From NCBI GenBank assembly GCA_963817875.1, contig CAWFPQ010000009.1:55442-119441 (forward strand): 64,000 bases of DNA. The letters are read 5' to 3'. Made by a program: the position numbers and the translations under genes. The notes under the pieces were generated by a model. The model had not been told where the DNA came from. It saw nothing but the letters and a program-made list of their open reading frames with translations, and made no database searches. This DNA is from an uncultured Acidimicrobiaceae bacterium. GTDB taxonomy: Bacteria; Actinomycetota; Acidimicrobiia; Acidimicrobiales; RAAP-2. Numbering within the stretch: the stretch's first letter is position 1; the number at the start of each line of letters is the position of its first letter. Positions 62,779 through 64,000 of this stretch are shown here, one piece after another.

Positions 62779-63993
62779 ATGACCCCGACAACCCCCACTG
62801 CACATTACGACCCCTACGACATCGACATCGACGATGATCCGTATCCGAGTTGGCGCCGGCTCCGCGACGAATCTCCTTTGTACCGCAACGAGGAGCTCGA
62901 CTTCTACGCCCTGAGCCGCTGGGATGATGTCAAACCCGCACTGATCGATTGGGAGACGTACCGCTCCGGCCACGGCACGGTCCTAGAGATCATCAGCGCC
63001 GGTGTCGAGATCCCACCCGGGATCCTCCTCTTCGAGGATCCGCCCATCCACGACTCACACCGAGCACTGCTCGCACGCGTGTTCACACCGAGACGCATGC
63101 TCGATCTCGAACCCCTCGTCCGCAGCTACTGCGAGAGCGCTCTGGACGCGTTGGTCGAACGCGACGAGTTCGACGTCATCGGCGAGTTCGGTGTCGAGGT
63201 TCCGCTGCGAACCATCGGATTCCTCTTCGGCATCCCCGAAGCCGATCAGCTCGCCTACCGCAAGCGAACCGACGAGGCGCTCGCCACCGACGGCACGCCG
63301 ATCGCGTTCGAGCAGTCCTCGTTCGACAACGTCCTGTCGGTGCTGGCCGACTACGTCGACTGGCGTTCCCGCAACCCCTCCGACGACCTCATGACCGAGC
63401 TGTTGAACGCCGAGGTCGACGAACCCGACGGCTCGCGGCGTCCGCTCTCGCGCGACGAAGTGGTCACGTACGCCAGCATGGTCGCCGGCGCCGGCAACGA
63501 GACCGCCACGCGCCTCATCGGCTTCACCATGCAGCTCCTCGCCCAGCACCCTGAGCAGCGCCATCTGTTGGTCGATGAGCCCTTGCTGATCCCGAACGCC
63601 ATCGAGGAGATCCTTCGCCTCGAGTCACCATCGCCGGTCCAGGCGCGCTACGTGCAGCACGACGTCGAGGTGCAGGGGACGATCGTGCCGGAGGGGTCGA
63701 CGATGCTGCTGCTCAACGGCGCCGCGAACCGCGACGAGCGCCATTTCACGAGACCTGATCACTTCGATGTCCATCGCGACGAGGGGCCTCATCTCTCGTT
63801 CGGTTTCGGGCTCCACTTCTGCCTCGGAGCCGCCCTGGCTCGCCTGGAGGGACGGGTCGCCCTGGAGGAGATCCTGCGACGGTGGCCCACGTGGGAGGTC
63901 GACACCGACATGGGGAAGATGGCACACACCGCCAGCGTGCGCGGGTGGGGGTACCTCCCGATACGTCCCGAGCGGAAGCGCCACCATGGCTGA
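62779..63993 (+). CDS. Cytochrome P450
   Basis: I-helix AGNETAT, the EXXR motif (EEILRLES), and the heme-binding loop FGFGLHFCLGAALAR. Confidence 0.9.
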   Translation: MTPTTPTAHYDPYDIDIDDDPYPSWRRLRDESPLYRNEELDFYALSRWDDVKPALIDWETYRSGHGTVLEIISAGVEIPPGILLFEDPPIHDSHRALLARVFTPRRMLDLEPLVRSYCESALDALVERDEFDVIGEFGVEVPLRTIGFLFGIPEADQLAYRKRTDEALATDGTPIAFEQSSFDNVLSVLADYVDWRSRNPSDDLMTELLNAEVDEPDGSRRPLSRDEVVTYASMVAGAGNETATRLIGFTMQLLAQHPEQRHLLVDEPLLIPNAIEEILRLESPSPVQARYVQHDVEVQGTIVPEGSTMLLLNGAANRDERHFTRPDHFDVHRDEGPHLSFGFGLHFCLGAALARLEGRVALEEILRRWPTWEVDTDMGKMAHTASVRGWGYLPIRPERKRHHG

Positions 63994-64000
63994 GGGGAAT

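Noticed and set aside
1-64000. CRISPR arrays, rRNA genes, IS elements, transposases, phage integrases
   Set aside because: No regularly spaced short direct repeats with unique spacers were seen. There are no rRNA-like stretches. No ORF has DDE, HUH, tyrosine-recombinase (R..H..R..Y) or serine-recombinase signatures that I could recognise by eye.

Overview
High-GC, actinobacterial-type chromosomal DNA read by eye, with no database searches. Coding density is high, and most listed ORFs are Arg/Pro/Gly-rich antisense or off-frame artefacts. About 60 genes are supportable.

**Left part, 1-21.4 kb (very GC-rich).** Housekeeping and metabolic genes: SDR, glycerate kinase, KstD-like flavoprotein, zinicin-like peptidase, VOC and clpP. 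These are followed by a cell-surface glycan cluster:
- Wzm/Wzt ABC exporter, where Wzt carries a long C-terminal beta-sandwich extension
- a helical-N-terminus methyltransferase
- GT4 glycosyltransferases
- a PIG-V-like membrane glycosyltransferase

**Interruption, 18-29 kb.** A 1142-aa cyclase/ATPase/TPR/LuxR regulator, a TetR/GT1 pair and three secreted repeat proteins. These proteins sit in visibly lower-GC DNA.

**Second half of the glycan cluster, 29-35.7 kb.** A second methyltransferase paralogue, three more GT4 paralogues and a SpoIID-domain protein. Core genes follow: HAD, crotonase, 1-Cys peroxiredoxin, acyl-CoA synthetase, orn, dut and WS/DGAT.

**Most unusual structure, from 44.2 kb.**
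- One intact tRNA-Gly(GCC) is followed by four direct, progressively decayed copies of its 3' 50 nt.
- Each copy sits in a conserved module of about 190 nt. The module has a roughly 125-nt upstream arm with a palindrome and phased TGGACGG repeats, plus a conserved downstream tail of about 30 nt.
- The modules divide about 15.5 kb of lower-GC accessory DNA into four segments of about 1.8-6.1 kb. These segments contain regulators, small metabolic genes and gene remnants.
- I could recognise no integrase, excisionase or transfer gene in them.

**Other notable points.**
- Five single-nucleotide (+1) frameshifts are confined to three surface-glycan or surface-protein genes.
- A leader of about 200 nt is duplicated in front of two secreted proteins.
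- The SpoIID protein and an FG-GAP protein share a six-repeat C-terminal module.

No rRNA, CRISPR array or transposase was seen.
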